A program made the translations under genes and the position numbers. Below are positions 26,001 through 39,520 of a stretch of 64,000 nucleotides of DNA, one piece after another. Every line of letters begins with the position of its first letter. Position 1 is the first letter of the stretch. Origin of the DNA: Lama guanicoe (lineage: Eukaryota); assembly GCA_013239625.1 (NCBI GenBank), contig MU056277.1, positions 1,156,076 through 1,220,075 on the forward strand, in the 5' to 3' direction. A model generated the notes under the pieces. The model was given only the letters and a program-made list of their open reading frames with translations. It ran no database searches and had not been told where the DNA came from.

Positions 26001-26214
26001 CCTCTCAAGCCATTAAGAGGGTTTCCTCCGGGACTGGAGTTGGGGTGGGGGTGGTCAGGGTGCCCGGCGGGAGGTGGGGACCTGAATGTCTCTAGTTGTT
26101 CCTCTGCTGTGTGACCAGGGCAGCTATGCTGCATTTGAAGTAGTAAAGTCTAATCTGATCATACCGACTAGGCTGTACATCCTTCACGGACTGTTCTCCC
26201 TTCCCCCCTCTCAG

Positions 26215-26416
26215 GACATGACGGATAACAGCAGCAGTCAGCTGATAGTACGAGCCAAGTTTAACTTCCAGCAGACGAATGAAGACGAGCTCTCCTTCTC
26301 GAAAGGAGATGTCATCCACGTCACGCGAGTGGAGGAGGGGGGCTGGTGGGAGGGCACGCACAACGGCAGGACCGGCTGGTTCCCCAGCAACTACGTGCGC
26401 GAGGTCAAGTCCAGCG
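26215..26416 (+). CDS. ARHGEF7: ARHGEF7 exon, SH3 domain; contains internal start ATG 26218 of CH-less isoforms
   Basis: ctctcag|GACATG...AGCG|gtaagt, 202 nt; SH3 motifs [24 protein letters not shown]. Confidence 0.98.
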
Positions 26417-27839
26417 GTAAGTGGCCGGCGGGGCGGGAGAGCCGTGGGCGTGCCCAGGACACGCCACTGGGCCCGGGGCCCGGCCCTGGGCTGAGGGGCA
26501 GAGTCTCCCCTGTGCTTTCTGTCCCGAAGGAGTGATGTTCACCCCACGCGGGTGCTGGGGTGAAGGGCCCCGGGGTCACAGACCTGCATGTCATCCGGTT
26601 GTGACATCAGCAGTTTCAGAGCGTCGCGCTCCCTGTTGCTTTCCCTTCCTGAGGAGAAGTCGGGGATATGCTGGGGTCTAGTTTTCGGGCTGCGCTGGTA
26701 CGGAAGGTGGTACGCATCACCCTCCTCCGGGCTGGTGTCAGGACTCGGGGTTGCTGCTGTGCGCAGGCTGCGCTGCGCTACTCACCCTGGGCTCTTGCCA
26801 GTCGGGTGCAGTTAAGTGGTTTCTGTCCTCTCCTTTGCTCAGATAGTAGTGGTTTAAAATGCGTCACGTTCTTTATGTTTTCTGTAATTGCTCAACAGTA
26901 TTTTGTTGACTTTAAAGTCCTGTTCAGGGGCGTACCTTGTTTTGAAAGGGAGTAGGGGGACTTGGCACTTTTCCGTCTCTGCTTAGGTGTGATTCATGCT
27001 GTGGAATTGAAACTTACCTCGAAGGCCTGGGATCTGTGATGCAGGTCACCTGGGTGTGGCTGTGACGGGTCTCAGTGAGTGCGCGCCGCTCTGCGTGGCG
27101 TCCCTCGGGGGCGGTGCTGCGCATCCTGAGCGTGAGTGCGACCGGCTGCCACTCCCTCCGTGAGCCAGGTCACTAACTACGAGAGGCTGGGGCAGGACTG
27201 CCAGTGTTGAGTGCCATCCTGTCGTTCTTGTCTTCACAGGTGCCTGTGTGTGTCTGTGTATGTGTGTAATATACGCAAATGTATATAAAATTTGTGTTCT
27301 CACAGAGCTTGGTTGTAGGTGGTCAGATGAGGTGTAAAGCCAGAATAAGGCTTCAAAACCAGTGACTTAAAGGGGAAGAGCGTGGCTGGCTGGAGAGAAG
27401 GGACGGGGGTGAGGTTTGGGAGATGAGCCTTGTACTGGAAATGCTGTCACGTGATGCAGTTTCTCTAGTTCTGCATGGGGCGGTGGTGCTCGGGGAGTGG
27501 TGCTGAGCAGGGCCGGGTGGACAGACGCCCGGCAGGTGCTTCAGGTCTAGGATGGGGGTCGGGGCCTCGCTTGCAGGGTCTGGGGGTGCGTGTGCTCAGG
27601 TTTGTTGGCCTGTGCCAGGCCGCGTGGCCCCGAGCAGGGGCTCCCTGAGTGGTAGTTGCTGCTGTTTTTTTAAGGTAGCAAAAAAGGATTCTAAAAAGTG
27701 AACCGAACAGTTTTGATAGAACAGGTATTTTCTTAGCAATGACTTCGAACAGTGAGTATTGTAATAAGGCAGCCAGCAGCCCTGATTCATAAAGGTTTCT
27801 AGTGTTGGACTTTTTTTTAGGAATAGCACAAGCCGGTTC

Positions 27840-28086
27840 TTTCTTTTTTTAATTGTGGTAAAAAATTTATCATATTAACCGTTTAAAAATGATTTTTATG
27901 TGTGCATTTCAGTGGCATTAAGAACATTCACATTGTTGGGCAAACCTCACCACCATCTATCTCATAACTTCTTCACCTTCCCAGACTCTACCCGTCAGAT
28001 AATTCCCGTCTCCCCTGAGCCCCCGGCAGCCCTGTTCAACCTTCTGTCTCAGTGCATTTGGCTCCTGAGAACCTGGTGTGAGTGGA
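27840..28086 (-). mobile_element. L1MA/MB 3' end, antisense, runs into gap
   Basis: 'ttttaattgtggtaaaa...ttcagtggcattaagaacattcacattgttg...caccaccatc'. Confidence 0.8.
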
Positions 28087-28218
28087 NNNNNNNNNNNNNN
28101 NNNNNNNNNNNNNNNNNNNNNNNNNNNNNNNNNNNNNNNNNNNNNNNNNNNNNNNNNNNNNNNNNNNNNNNNNNNNNNNNNNNNNNNNNNNNNNNNNNNN
28201 NNNNNNNNNNNNNNNNNN
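28087..28218. other. Assembly gap (132 N)
   Basis: N run. Confidence 1.
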
Positions 28219-28830
28219 CACTGGTAAGAAGACCCCAGACCTCTGTCTCTCCTGTCTTCCCACACTACCACCACACTGGGAACCCTTCCGAAACACATTT
28301 CCTTGGAAAACCCACACTTCAGGCAATTTGCTCACACCAGCTGGGTGTCCACAGTTCAATTCAGTTCTGATGCCATCCACGTGGAGTTAGGGTCACAGAG
28401 GTTGAGGGCTCAGTCCCCAGGCTGACCCCACTGTGTACGCTGCAGGCCGCAGGTGGTCACCTGTGCTTCTGCCTGGCTGTAAGCTGGGGCTCCCACGACC
28501 CTCTCCTGGGGTTTGATGATTTGCTGCGACGCCTCACAGAGCTTGGAGGATGTGCGGCCTACGCTTCCTGGTTTAGTGTTTAATGAAGGGCGTGGTGGAG
28601 GGTCCCGGGAAGCAGCCAGCCAGACTGGCGGCCCTCGGGGTGAGGGCCAGAAGGGTCCTGAGCGTAGGGGTTTCTGTCCCTGTGGAGTTGGATGCCACCC
28701 TCCTGGCACGTAGGTGTGTCACCAACCTGGAAGCTCTCGAAAGCCCCTGCTGTTGGGATGTTATGGCGGTTTCGTCACGAAGGCCCGGCCCAGCACTGAC
28801 GGCCTCCAGCGCCTCTCGTCACCCAGGCAG
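28219..28830 (-). mobile_element. MER21-family LTR
   Basis: 'acaccagctgggtgtcc..ttcaattcagttctga', 'gagggctcagtccc', 'ggaagctctc' hallmarks. Confidence 0.8.
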
Positions 28831-29585
28831 CAGTGTGACGCCGGAGCTGAGTGACTCTCGCTTGCTGATCCACAGGTGCTTAATGAGCACGCACACTGCC
28901 GCTTCCTGAGTTTGTCATTTTTCAGTATTTTCTGTTCATTTTTGACATAGAGAAGTGACACAGAATGCAGACTGAATTCTGGACGCCCGTATTCACTGGC
29001 TGTGAGAGAGCAGGCAGGGCACGAGGTGGCACAGCACCTTGCTTGTGCTGCTGGGAGGAGCCTGTGCTCTCAGCCTCTTCTTCGCTGTGGGGTGGGTTTG
29101 GCGTGTGCATCTGTATGTGCGTGCACACGTGTGCAGGGGGTGTGGTGCACACGCCTGTGCGTTAGGGTTCAGAAAGCACCCAGGGTGGTGCTCTGTGCTG
29201 TCCCTTCCAGGCACAGACCTTTTGGGCGGAGAGAGTGTAGAATGTAAGACTGGCGCTTTGAGGCACGTGGGGACCCGGCATGACACACAGGGGGGTCTGG
29301 GGTCTGATGGCTTGTAACTTTGTGGAACGTGGGAGTGAGCGTCCCTGTGCAGCAACATGACAAACGACACTCACGCCGTGACGTTCTTGGCTCTGTTGAC
29401 AACAGTGCCGTGGAATCTGTCGGAGGTGTTCGGCCTAAGCAGGGAGCTGACGGCGATGGGGAGGAGGTGGGGCTGTGCCGCCTCCCTCTGAGGGCCGCTG
29501 AGGACCAGAAGCTGACACCGTGCGGCCTGCTGCGGGTGGTCGTCTCTAGGGCGGAGCCGTGAAACTGCCTCCATCTTTATTTCAG

Positions 29586-29674
29586 AAAAGCCCGTGTCAC
29601 CCAAATCCGGAGCCTTGAAGAGCCCTCCCAAAGGATTTGATACGACTGCCATTAACAAAAGCTATTATAATGTG
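29586..29674 (+). CDS. ARHGEF7: ARHGEF7 exon, SH3-DH linker (KPVSPKSGALKSPPKGFDTTAINKSYYNV)
   Basis: tatttcag|AA...GTG|gtgagt, 89 nt, phase 1 to 0. Confidence 0.96.
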
Positions 29675-32119
29675 GTGAGTAATTGCAAAACATTTTTATA
29701 GAATAACTTATTTTTTGAGTGTCTCTAAAAATTAGCAACGGAGAATATAGGTGGACTGCCGAGAGTAGGAAGATGAATATAACAACCGTCAGTTGTCTGC
29801 CACACAGATAGACCCTCCGGTAATGGTCTGCTGTGTTGCTTTCCGATCTCCATGTGTGTTTGTAGTACTCTGTGTTTTGTGTTAAGGTGTGGCGCTGTAC
29901 TCTGTTCTCGTTGCCCAACTTGGTATTGTGGCTGTTTCCCCATGGTTACGTGTTTTCAAAAATGTGATTTTACAACGTGCCTGATGTGACTTAGGGACCT
30001 CGTGTGCGTCAGAGACCCCCCTGCCCGTGGTGATGCGGACTGCTGGTCCCCAGACCAGTGCAGGTCCTCGCTGGTTTTGTGTATTAGCACGGCCTTCCCT
30101 GGGACTGACGTGCGCACATGCAGAGAGTGTGCAGCTGGGAGGAGGGCGTCTGTGCGCCACACGCAGTGAAGACAGGTGTTTCGGAATCCTAAAACTTGCT
30201 GCATTTTGAAACCTGGGCCGTTTGTGAGCTCAGAAGGCCTGTGGAATTAAGTCTGACACCTCAGCCAGTCCTCCGTTGTTCCTGGACAGTTGCACGTGCC
30301 AGAAACTGGAAGTCAGGCCCTGATTTGGATGCCATTTCATGTCCCTGCGACGGCCGCGCGGTGCGATGAGCCTGCAGAGCGAGCGTGGGTGTGGACTGTG
30401 TGCACAGAGGTAGTTATTTCTTTCCCCGCTCTTAGTCTTTCTTATTTTCTTGATCAGGAGATGTAAATCTGAATCCACGAGACCTTCGAGGTTTTGAACT
30501 AAAACAGCAACTGATGAGTGTTTCCCCGCGGTGGTCCCTCATCAGGAGCATTTATTTCCTGCGCTCAGCTGTCTCTGCTGCGTTTTCCTGTGCTTACCTG
30601 CATTTACCCCCAGGCCCGGAGGGTTTGTTAGGCATGCACTCTGCAGGGCTGGCTCCAGGCATTGGGGCGACAGCAGTGAGGGGAAGGCCGAACCTTCCCT
30701 TGTGGGCTGGCCCTCTGCCCCTTCTGCCCTGCGTGAGCCCCCCTTTCTGTCCCCTGGTCTCCGAGCACACCGCCCCAGAGCCCCGGCAACCTGGCCTCCT
30801 CTGTTCCGCAGGCAGCTCCTTCATCCACGTCTCTCCGTCTGGCTCTGGTTTCTGCGCGTTCTCTGTGCAGCTCTCCACGCTCCTGGTCTGGACTCCAACG
30901 TCCTCTGTCCGAACCCTAGGGCTTGGGTAGGTGGGGGCGCCTGCCATTCCTGGCTGAGCTCTGCCCTCCACTTCCTCTGGGACGTGGCTCTGCTGTAACA
31001 CCTTGGCTTTTTAGTGGGTGAAATGTGTTGTGTGTGTGGTTTTCTGCTGCAGCCACAGAAAGGCACAGTGCGTCCTGTGGGTGGTTCTTCAGGGCTTCAC
31101 AGCAGGAAAACTTCTTACGTGAGACGTTGGTTTCCTTTCTGGGGAAGGCTCCGGGGGTGAGTAGTGCAGTCTTACTCCACAGTGATGCTCTGGAGGCGGA
31201 CCTCCGTGTCTCCTGTTGGTCTCTGTCCAAGTATCGTATCAGAGGAGACAGGGTGGCCCTGCGCGAGTCGGTGCCAGCAGCTCTGGCCTGGTCTCCCGGC
31301 TCCTGCTTCTGCTGGGTGTCTTGTGGACCTAGGTGGCCGTGCTTGTGTAGAAGTCCCGGAGGGCTCTTCTCGGCATTACAGGTTCTGTGATCCTCTTCTG
31401 ACTGAAATGTAACCAGTACCTTTTTAGGTTTCCTTCTTTAACTCTGCTCATACGGGGACACGGCACATGCGCTGTTCTCTTTGAATCAGCCAACTCATTC
31501 AGGATGACGGGAAAACACCTTGGCTTTAAAATCACATCCACGTTGTTTGCGTAGGCGGTATTAGTAGATAGCGCAGGCTGAACTGCAGTTGTTATGGACA
31601 TCAGCTTGCAGAGCTCATGCAGATGGTTTGTGGAAGTTTTGCAGTGAAGAAAATGGTCAGTGATTAGGCCAGGAATCAGTTTCAGCTTTCCTGAATCCCA
31701 CGGTTATAAATACAGAGACATAAAATATGGGACGCAACACGACACACAGAACAAAATGAAATAACGTGACAGATGTTTTCACACCTCCTTGTGTATTTCT
31801 GCATTTACAGAAAACTGTAGAAGTATAGGTATTTTTAAGCCCACTGAGAGATAAGAAGGCTCTCCAGGAGGTGAGACCAGTGTGGGCTGATGTTACTGGA
31901 GACAGTTAACATGAAAGACTTGGGTCCCCACTGGGGTCAGTGGAGAGCAGTTAGGACGGTGTTCGGGGTGGAGGTGCACACGCTGAAATCAAGCGGCAGT
32001 GAGGAGACGGGTGAATGGGGGTGGGCCTGTGTCCTCCTGCTGCTGTGCGGTGGCCAGGGTAAGCCAGAGGAGCGCTGGGCCTAGGAGGTGATTCCTCGTG
32101 ACGTGCGCTGTCGGTGGGA

Positions 32120-32460
32120 GCATTCGTCGTCTGTCTCCTCCTCTCCTCCTGGGACTCCCACCCGGCATGTGCTGATGAGCAGGGTGGTGTCCCACGGGTC
32201 TCTGAGGCGCTGTTCATTTTCCCTCACTTTTTCTTTCTGTTCCAAAGAGTAATCTCTACTGATCTCTTTGTGTTTGCTGATTATTGCTTTTGCTAGCTCA
32301 AATCTGATTTTGAGCCCCTCTAGTGAATTCTTCACTTTATTTATTGTACCTTTTAATTCATAATTTCCATTTGATTATTTTTGTAGTCAAATCCAGGCTG
32401 TAGCTGACTCATTGTTCTTATAGTTTAATTCTTTAAACATAGTTTGCTTTAGTCCTTTGG
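32120..32460 (-). mobile_element. L1M ORF1p remnant
   Basis: Minus-strand ORF 32081..32335 MKNSLEGLKIRFE...NEQRLRDPWD...VGVPGGEE resembles the L1 ORF1p coiled-coil/RRM junction. Confidence 0.8.
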
Positions 32461-32462
32461 AC

Positions 32463-32730
32463 TTTTTTTTAAAGACTCTATTATTTTAGAACAGTTTTAA
32501 ATTTGCAGTGGAATTGAGAGGGGGAGAGACTTTGCACGACTCCTGGCCCCGCACGTGCAAGCCTCCCCTAGCACCAGCACTGCTCACCAGGTGGTGCCTC
32601 TTTACCAAGGACGGACCTGCGCTGACGTGTCGCAGTCATCCAAAGGCCGCGGTTTATTCAGCGCTCACTCGGCACATGCTGTGGGTTTGGACAAACACTC
32701 AGTGGTATGTGTCCGTCGTGTCACAGTGCC
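32463..32730 (-). mobile_element. L1MC 3' end, antisense
   Basis: 'ttttagaacagttttaaatttgcag...cagtcatccaaagg...tgggtttggacaaa' matches recalled L1MC1/2 tail. Confidence 0.7.
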
Positions 32731-35700
32731 AGGCAGCACTCCAGGTTTACTTTTGGATGTGCAAAGTGCTTGTGGATAATTGGAGTGCCCTTCTTTCGGT
32801 GGTGGAGTGGAGGGGGGTGTGTGGGCTTTGCGTGCAGTGTTTGAGCACCCAGTCGGTGGGCTGGCCTGGAGGAAGGCCCCCATCCTCCTGCACGGTCGCA
32901 GCTCCGTGAGTGAGGTTGCTGACGCTGGCCTTGGCCTTGTGGTATCGCTCAGAGGGTTAGCAGTTAGCCTCAAGGTGCCCAGTGAAGCTCTTGGCCCTGA
33001 AGAGGTGTTCATGGCTGCTAGGAAGAACATTCAGAAGCATTTGGGGCGCCAGGCCTCAGCAAGGCCACCATACCACGCTGCCTGCAGACAGGCACCCCGT
33101 CACCTGGGAGAGCTGTGGTCAGGGGTGATGGGCTCATGTAAGTAAAGGAAGCGTGCCTGTGACCTGCCTAAGCTTGATGGATCTGACCCTGGAGGAAATG
33201 AACTGCACCTTTTCACAGGAACGCACACCTTTCCTGGTAGAGACCAGAGAAAGCACTTCTCCTGTAGAAGCTGGATGCCCACCTCCAGAGAGGGTGAACG
33301 GTCTTTCGTCACCTCTTTTAGGGGGCGAGGAGTTTCCTCAGTCACCTTGAGAGAACGAGGTTTCTTAAATACGTCTCTCTGGGAAGGTACAGGTCCCCAC
33401 GGCCTTAGTGTTCAGTGATGCACGTGGCTTTATTTTTCAGTCAGTCTCTCTAAACAGGGAGCAGCAGATAGAACGCTGTTTGCTCCCACACGTGTGGAAT
33501 AGCACGGTAAGGCGAGGTAGCTTTGTCTTTGAAAGACTGCAGACACGATGTAGTGCGTAGCAGCCACCAGTTTTAATGAACGCACAGAGTAGACGGGCAT
33601 TTTTTATTAGATGCTGTAGCTGACTCCCACAGGCTTTTCCTGTGCTGCAGAGCAAGCTCGTGCCCGTCTGCCCCCTCGGCTCCTGGAGTTGCCTGGAGCC
33701 TGTGCATGCTCGCCCAGGGAGGGCCTGGGCCTGGGGCCCGGAGGTTTACCCAGAGCCGCGCTGACCCCAAGGCCTGGTCTGGCACCTTTTATCCTTTGTG
33801 GTCCCCTTTGCTTCTTCCCGCCTTGGCCAAGATTGCTTTTCAGTGCTGATGTCTGACGTCTCCGCTTGGGCGTCATCTCAGGTGCGGGGCTGGGGTGTGC
33901 GGCTTTGTGCCCAGCGCTCCTGTGTGCCCTGCGTTCACGCTGCAGTGAGGGCCTGCTGACGTCTCCCATAGAGTCTGCTGCCCCCCGTTGTCCTGTAAAG
34001 TCCTGTTTTGTACAGATGAAGTGTTTGGTGGTGGCAGGAGCTGGGTGGGGTAGTAGCTAAGACTTGCCGTAGGAGTGAGGGAAGAATTGAGCTGTGTGAT
34101 CCTGGGAAAGGCCATCTTGTGAGGTAGTGACTTCCTGACTCATGGAGTCACGTGAAGTAGCTCCAGACAGGAGCCCAGATTGGGGCTGGAATGCTGTACT
34201 AGGTGGTTTGTAAGGGTCCTTGCTGCCTTAAGTCAGGGAGCCGACACCCCTGAGTCTCCATCACAAACCAGTGAAAGGAGACAGACCCACAGATGCGTGC
34301 TGTCCTGGGTGGGCCGTGGCAGTGCTGGCATGCGCGCCCAGCCTGGGCTCCCCACGCACCTCAGCGCAGGCGTGCCGGCCTCCTGGGTGGCGGAGGCCAG
34401 GCTGGGCCTGCAGCATTGGCTGTAGCTCTCGTATAGTAAGCCTTTGGCATTTGGAAGAAATACATCCCAAGACCTTGTGAATCCCCAGTTTAGAACCTAT
34501 AATAACATAACTCCTTTTAAAAGACACAGTAACACTTTACGCGGCCTCCCCAGACTCTTCGAGACTTACGTTTATCAAGTATGAAGTATTCAGAACTGGC
34601 AGAAGTCAACAGGCGACACTGAGTGAGTGAGACACACACTCGGCCGGGGGGGCGGGGGGTGGGGGTCGCTCCCCGCGTCCTCCCGGCCTCTGGCTCTGGA
34701 TGGACGGGGAGGGCCTGTAGGTCCTGCTTCCTCCAGCCCCTCCTTTCCCTCAGGCTGGTGGTTTGTAAGTGGCTCGAGTCCTTTCCAGCAATTTACTTTC
34801 TGAAACGTGAAGTGCTGGGTACAGCCTAAATGGACTGGGCTGAAAGGGACCGTGCAGCGGTGGTTCTTCCTTGTGGGCTGGGGCCAGTTGCGGGGGTGGG
34901 AGCGGGGTTACAGTAGCCACTGCGTCCTGGAGTTTTTCCTTTGTGTTTGTAAACCAGGCTTATGTTTTTGAAATCTGGTTTTAGTTCGTGATGATCTTAC
35001 CGTATCTGGATCAAATCTTTAAAAAATTACTTAATGTTACTGTTTCTTCTCTTGTGTGTAAATCAGTTACTTATTTTTAAAGGACTATCAATGACATATA
35101 GAACAGAACATGTGACACCAACCAAAATGTGTGGTGGCCGCTGTGACTCGTTTGTAAAATGAGCAGTGCTCAGCGCTCCCTCACTGTGGCGGTGACGAGC
35201 GCCTGTGGGCTGCAGGGCAGTGAAGTCGGCCCTTTGTTTTGCTCTGCTTTGCTGTAGCGGCTGACAGTTCAGGGATTGTCTGTGTGGCTTGCCCCATGTC
35301 GTCCTCCTGTGTGGCACCATTGTTTGACCGGACGTGGCCGTCCACGCCTCATGCCCCGGGGAGAGTTCTCGCAGCTGAGCTCAGCCCGCATTCCTCCTGC
35401 TGTGGAGGGAAGGCCATTCTTCCCTGAAGGCTGCCTGTGCACTCCGGGACCAGCCTTCGTGTGATGGGGCCCTGGCGGCTGGGCCGTGAGGTCTCATGGG
35501 GTCCTGCAGCAGCCAGAGTGTGCAGAAGTCGAGAAAGGGGAGACAGGTGATGGCTGGGGTGCACAGACGCGCTTACGTGCCCAGGGAGGGATGTGTGGCC
35601 CCTGGCAGAGTGGACGGTTGGCGTCAGCGTGACTCGCTGAGCAAGTCTTGGTCGTGTGTTTGTGGAAAAGCTAAGTGTAACTGTGATTGGGTGGGAGTAT

Positions 35701-37409
35701 TAGAGACCTTGTCCGGAGCATGTATTTGAAGGTAATGTTTACATCTGGTGGTTGAAATTAACCAACTTAACTGTCTGAGTAAATGCAGTTGTTTGGAGAG
35801 GACTTCGGCTTGGTTTCTGACACGGTCTTTGGGAAGCTGTTGTATCTGCATGTCTGCTTAGTGCTGCGATTAAGGCACCGTCATCTTGTTCTGCCGGCAC
35901 TCGGGACATTCCTCTGACGTCACCCAGGAGCTGTTCTTCTGTTTTCCACGTGTGCTGTAAGCACCGTTGCTCATAGTTCTTGATATTTGTAGTTAAGGCA
36001 TGAAATCATGGTTTAACCTGCATTTTAACATTAGAAAAGGACTTTATGTCTTATGCATCTATGACACACTTAGTTTTCAGGTTTTTTGTTTTCAAGTACA
36101 GGGACTCGTTATACTTGGCTTGCCTCACATTATTTTCAAGGCTAAGATGTGGTTTAAAGTGTGATTCTCTGATGCATGGCCATGTCACACTGCACTCTGT
36201 CCACCAGTCCTCGGGCTCAGGGCCCAGGGAGCATTTCTTCAAAGGAGGGCATTGTCAGTGTAAGATCACGCCCACACTGCCCGACAAAGGAGCCCTCTCC
36301 CGGAGCCGCCCCTCCCGTCGTCCGTGAACAGCTCTATTCAGGGGGAAGCTGAGCGCAGTTCAGAGTGGAAGAGCCCGATTTTCCTCATCTCAGAGAGCGC
36401 GGTGCCGAGTTACTCAGGCAGGTTTGCACTTACTCATGGGTGGCTGCGCACTCCTCAACGCAGGAAGCAGAAGCGAGCAGAGACTCATCCACGTTGCTTG
36501 TATTAATGCTGAAATCTCAAGTTAGTTTAATGATTACTTTTCTTAAATGTTCAAACATACTTTTTGGTTATCAAAAACCGGGGGTAGAACACTGAGCGTG
36601 TTCGATGTCTTTATTCTGTATAATTTCTTCTGTTAGATTAATTTCGGTTGACACGTTAGTTTTGGAAGAAAAGTAGCACATTTTAGTGCGTGCACTGAGT
36701 TTCTGATGACAGCAGGTACTGGCTGTCTCACGGGGGTGAAGGAGATAGTTGAGGAGGGGTTTCACCTTCTCCCGCAGCCCAGCTGGGGAAGGCAGCGGGT
36801 GCAGCGCGGCATCGGGTGAGGGCTCACCTTCTGGCTCTGCCGTTCAGTGGCCCTGTGGTTTTGGAGAATTCACTCAGCCACTCCATGCTCAGTCTTTCCC
36901 TCGGTAAGAGGAAAAGTTTCTCCGAGGGTTCAGGATACTGGCGAGGCCCTTTGCTCAGTGCCAGGAGTAGAGTCAGTGTCCATGATTCGTCTGCGGCAGC
37001 CCCACGCCCACGCCCAGGCCTGGCGCCTTCTCGCCTGCCTTCCCCCCCGCCCCGCCCCGCCCCGCGCCCCCCATGAGGCACCTGCGCTCTGGGGCGATCA
37101 GTTATGGCAGGGGCCGTGTTGTAGGTCAGCCGTTTTGCACTTTGTATTTATCTCTCAACTTTTAGGAGTTGGTAACTATATTTGCTACATAATATAGAGT
37201 ATCAGGAAACATTTTAATTTACGGTTGGTTTATAATAATTCTATTTTTTAGCACAGTAGTGACTATTTAAAGGTGGTTTTATGCTGGTAGACCTTTTAGT
37301 TTTTAATAAACGTGTGTAGGATGATCTGAGACTATCATATTCCCTAATGAAGCTCTGTAGTTCCCAGAAATTGATTTAGATTTACTAGATTACTAGTAAA
37401 TGTCATCTT

Positions 37410-37745
37410 TTCAGTTGATACACTTTCTTGTGTCAGAATGCATAGGTTTTAAGGGTACAGTTTAGTGAGCTCTGACATGCGCATGTATCTGTGTAACAGC
37501 TGCCCAAATCACGGTAAAGAACTTGTCCACCACTCTAGAAATTTCTCATGCCCCTTTCCCCATTGTCATGCCCCACCCCCCTTTTGGTTTCTGCCGTCAT
37601 GAACTAGTTTCGCCTATTCCTGGACTCACTGCAGATGGAAGATGCGTGAGGTCCTTTAGGTGGATGGCTTCTTTGGCACACCGCAGTGTCGTGGGGGCCC
37701 GTCCGTGCACCCATGCTCGTGGTTGTCCGTGGTTCCTTTGTGTCT
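37410..37745 (-). mobile_element. L1MB/ME 3' end, antisense
   Basis: 'ttttaagggtacagtttagtgag...gtgtaac...aaatcacggtaaagaac...catgcccctt'. Confidence 0.7.
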
Positions 37746-38020
37746 AAACAGACTTGGCCTCACTTACCTGATGATGGAATTCATTCCAGCTTCATTCCCG
37801 GTATACCTGCGTCAGATGTGCGTGGCTGAAGGATGGCGTCAGTTGTGTGGCCTTAGTAATACTTCATCACGTGGATTTAGTAGTTGATAACCACCAGGAG
37901 TGACACTCTTACCAATCAGTATTACACGGAAGCAGCAACGTGAATTGAACGATGGTGATGAACTTTCCAAAGCGTGTACATCTTACTGTCAAATAGTGAC
38001 TCCTTCCTCATTTATTGTAG

Positions 38021-38115
38021 GTGCTGCAGAACATTTTGGAAACAGAAAATGAGTATTCTAAAGAACTCCAGACTGTGCTTTCAGCCTATCTACGGCCACT
38101 GCAGACCAGTGAGAA
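38021..38115 (+). CDS. ARHGEF7: ARHGEF7 exon, DH domain start ([17 protein letters not shown]...)
   Basis: tttattgtag|GTG...GAA|gtaagt, 95 nt; DH CR1-type ILETE.EY motif. Confidence 0.97.
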
Positions 38116-38337
38116 GTAAGTTCGACGGTGACTGTGCTAACTGGAGTAGCCATCACCATGGCTGTCCCTTGTATTTTCAGAGAGTAGAGGCCGAGACGCT
38201 GAACCGAATTCAGTGACAGTTTGCCAGGGACATAGGCAGCGGGCTTACTGAGTGGAGGCGTGGTGGGGCGTTGGTGTGGGGGGGTGTGTGTGAGGAAAAC
38301 CGTTCACATGTCTTCGCTGTTGCTTTCCTTGCTCTAG

Positions 38338-38433
38338 GTTGAGTTCGGCAAACACTTCACATTTAATGGGAAATCTAGAAGAGATATGTTCTTTCCAGCA
38401 GATGCTCGTACAGTCTTTAGAAGAATGCACCAA
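38338..38433 (+). CDS. ARHGEF7: ARHGEF7 exon, DH (LSSANTSHLMGNLEEICSFQQMLVQSLEECT)
   Basis: gctctag|G...CAA|gtgagt, 96 nt, phase 2 to 2. Confidence 0.97.
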
Positions 38434-38899
38434 GTGAGTAAGATGCTGAAAGCGGCGAAGTTCAGATTGACGTAACTGGTGTTAAAGGGTCAGATTTAGC
38501 TACAGGATCCCCGTTTCTGAAGATGGAGACTGGGTTACCGGGGCTCTCCTGGGCACATCAGCTCCTGTAGTAAAGCTGTGTTTTAGACCGTTTTCATGGT
38601 AGGGGTCTTTGAGGGAGGGATCTGCTGACCGCTCAGAGGAAGGAGTGGTGACTCCTCGGGCACCACTGGGGCCGGGGGTGGGAGAGCGACCCCTGAGGAG
38701 GAAGAGAGCTCGGCCTGTGAAAGGGCCTGCAGGGATGACCGCGTCCTCAAGGAGCTCTTGGTCTGGTGCCCAGACAGCTGGGGAAGGTTGTAGAAATAAT
38801 TACAGACGGCAGCGTGGGAACGCTGTGAGGGGATGCTGAAGGCAGACTTTGGGGGAAGATAACCAGCACTGAGGGGTGAATGAGTAGGACTTAACCAGG

Positions 38900-39520
38900 C
38901 AGAGGCCAACACCAGCCCCTCCCCGGTTCTCTGACCCCAGCTGAGTGTGTGTAGTTCAGTCCACCTATGGTGCCACTGAGTCAGCCCGGACCCCGCCGCC
39001 CAAGGGCCCCATCCCTGAGACTGCCCCACTCAGGTGCCAGCTGCAGCGGGCGCTCACCCACCCACCTGCTGCCCGGCCGACCACACGTTTGGCGTCCTCT
39101 GACCAGTAATTTGCCGGATGACTCAGAACCCAGGAAGTTGCTTTACTCATGTGTACAGGATTGTTACGAGGGGACGGCTCAGGGACAGGAGATGGAAGAG
39201 ACGCACTCCCCAGCCCCCAAGCCTGGAAGCTCTGGAGCCCCCGTCTGTAGGGGTTTTCATGGAGGTCTCGTTACATAGCTGCGAGTGGTCCACTCCGTCT
39301 CAGGCCCCTCTTCCCTCCCCAGGCCTGGGGTGCCCACCCTGCAGTCTCATGGCTGGTGCCCCCGGCAGCCGCCCCCACCCCGAAGCTGTCTGGGGCTTTA
39401 GCATGAATTGTTGTGGTTAAAGGGGCAGTTCTGGGTAACAGGCGCCCCCGGCACTCAGGAAGCTACAGGGTCTTAGGAGCTATGTGCCAGGAACGGGTGC
39501 AAAGACCAGCTGTGTTTGTG
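38900..39520 (-). mobile_element. MER21C-like LTR
   Basis: 'gagactgcccc', 'gatggaagaga', 'ttttcatggagg', 'cactcaggaa...ttaggagctatgtgccaggaac...aagacca'. Confidence 0.75.

Noticed and set aside
29112-29135. Alternating purine-pyrimidine run (Z-DNA potential); similar near 53000
   Set aside because: Short degenerate TG/CA microsatellite, commonplace.
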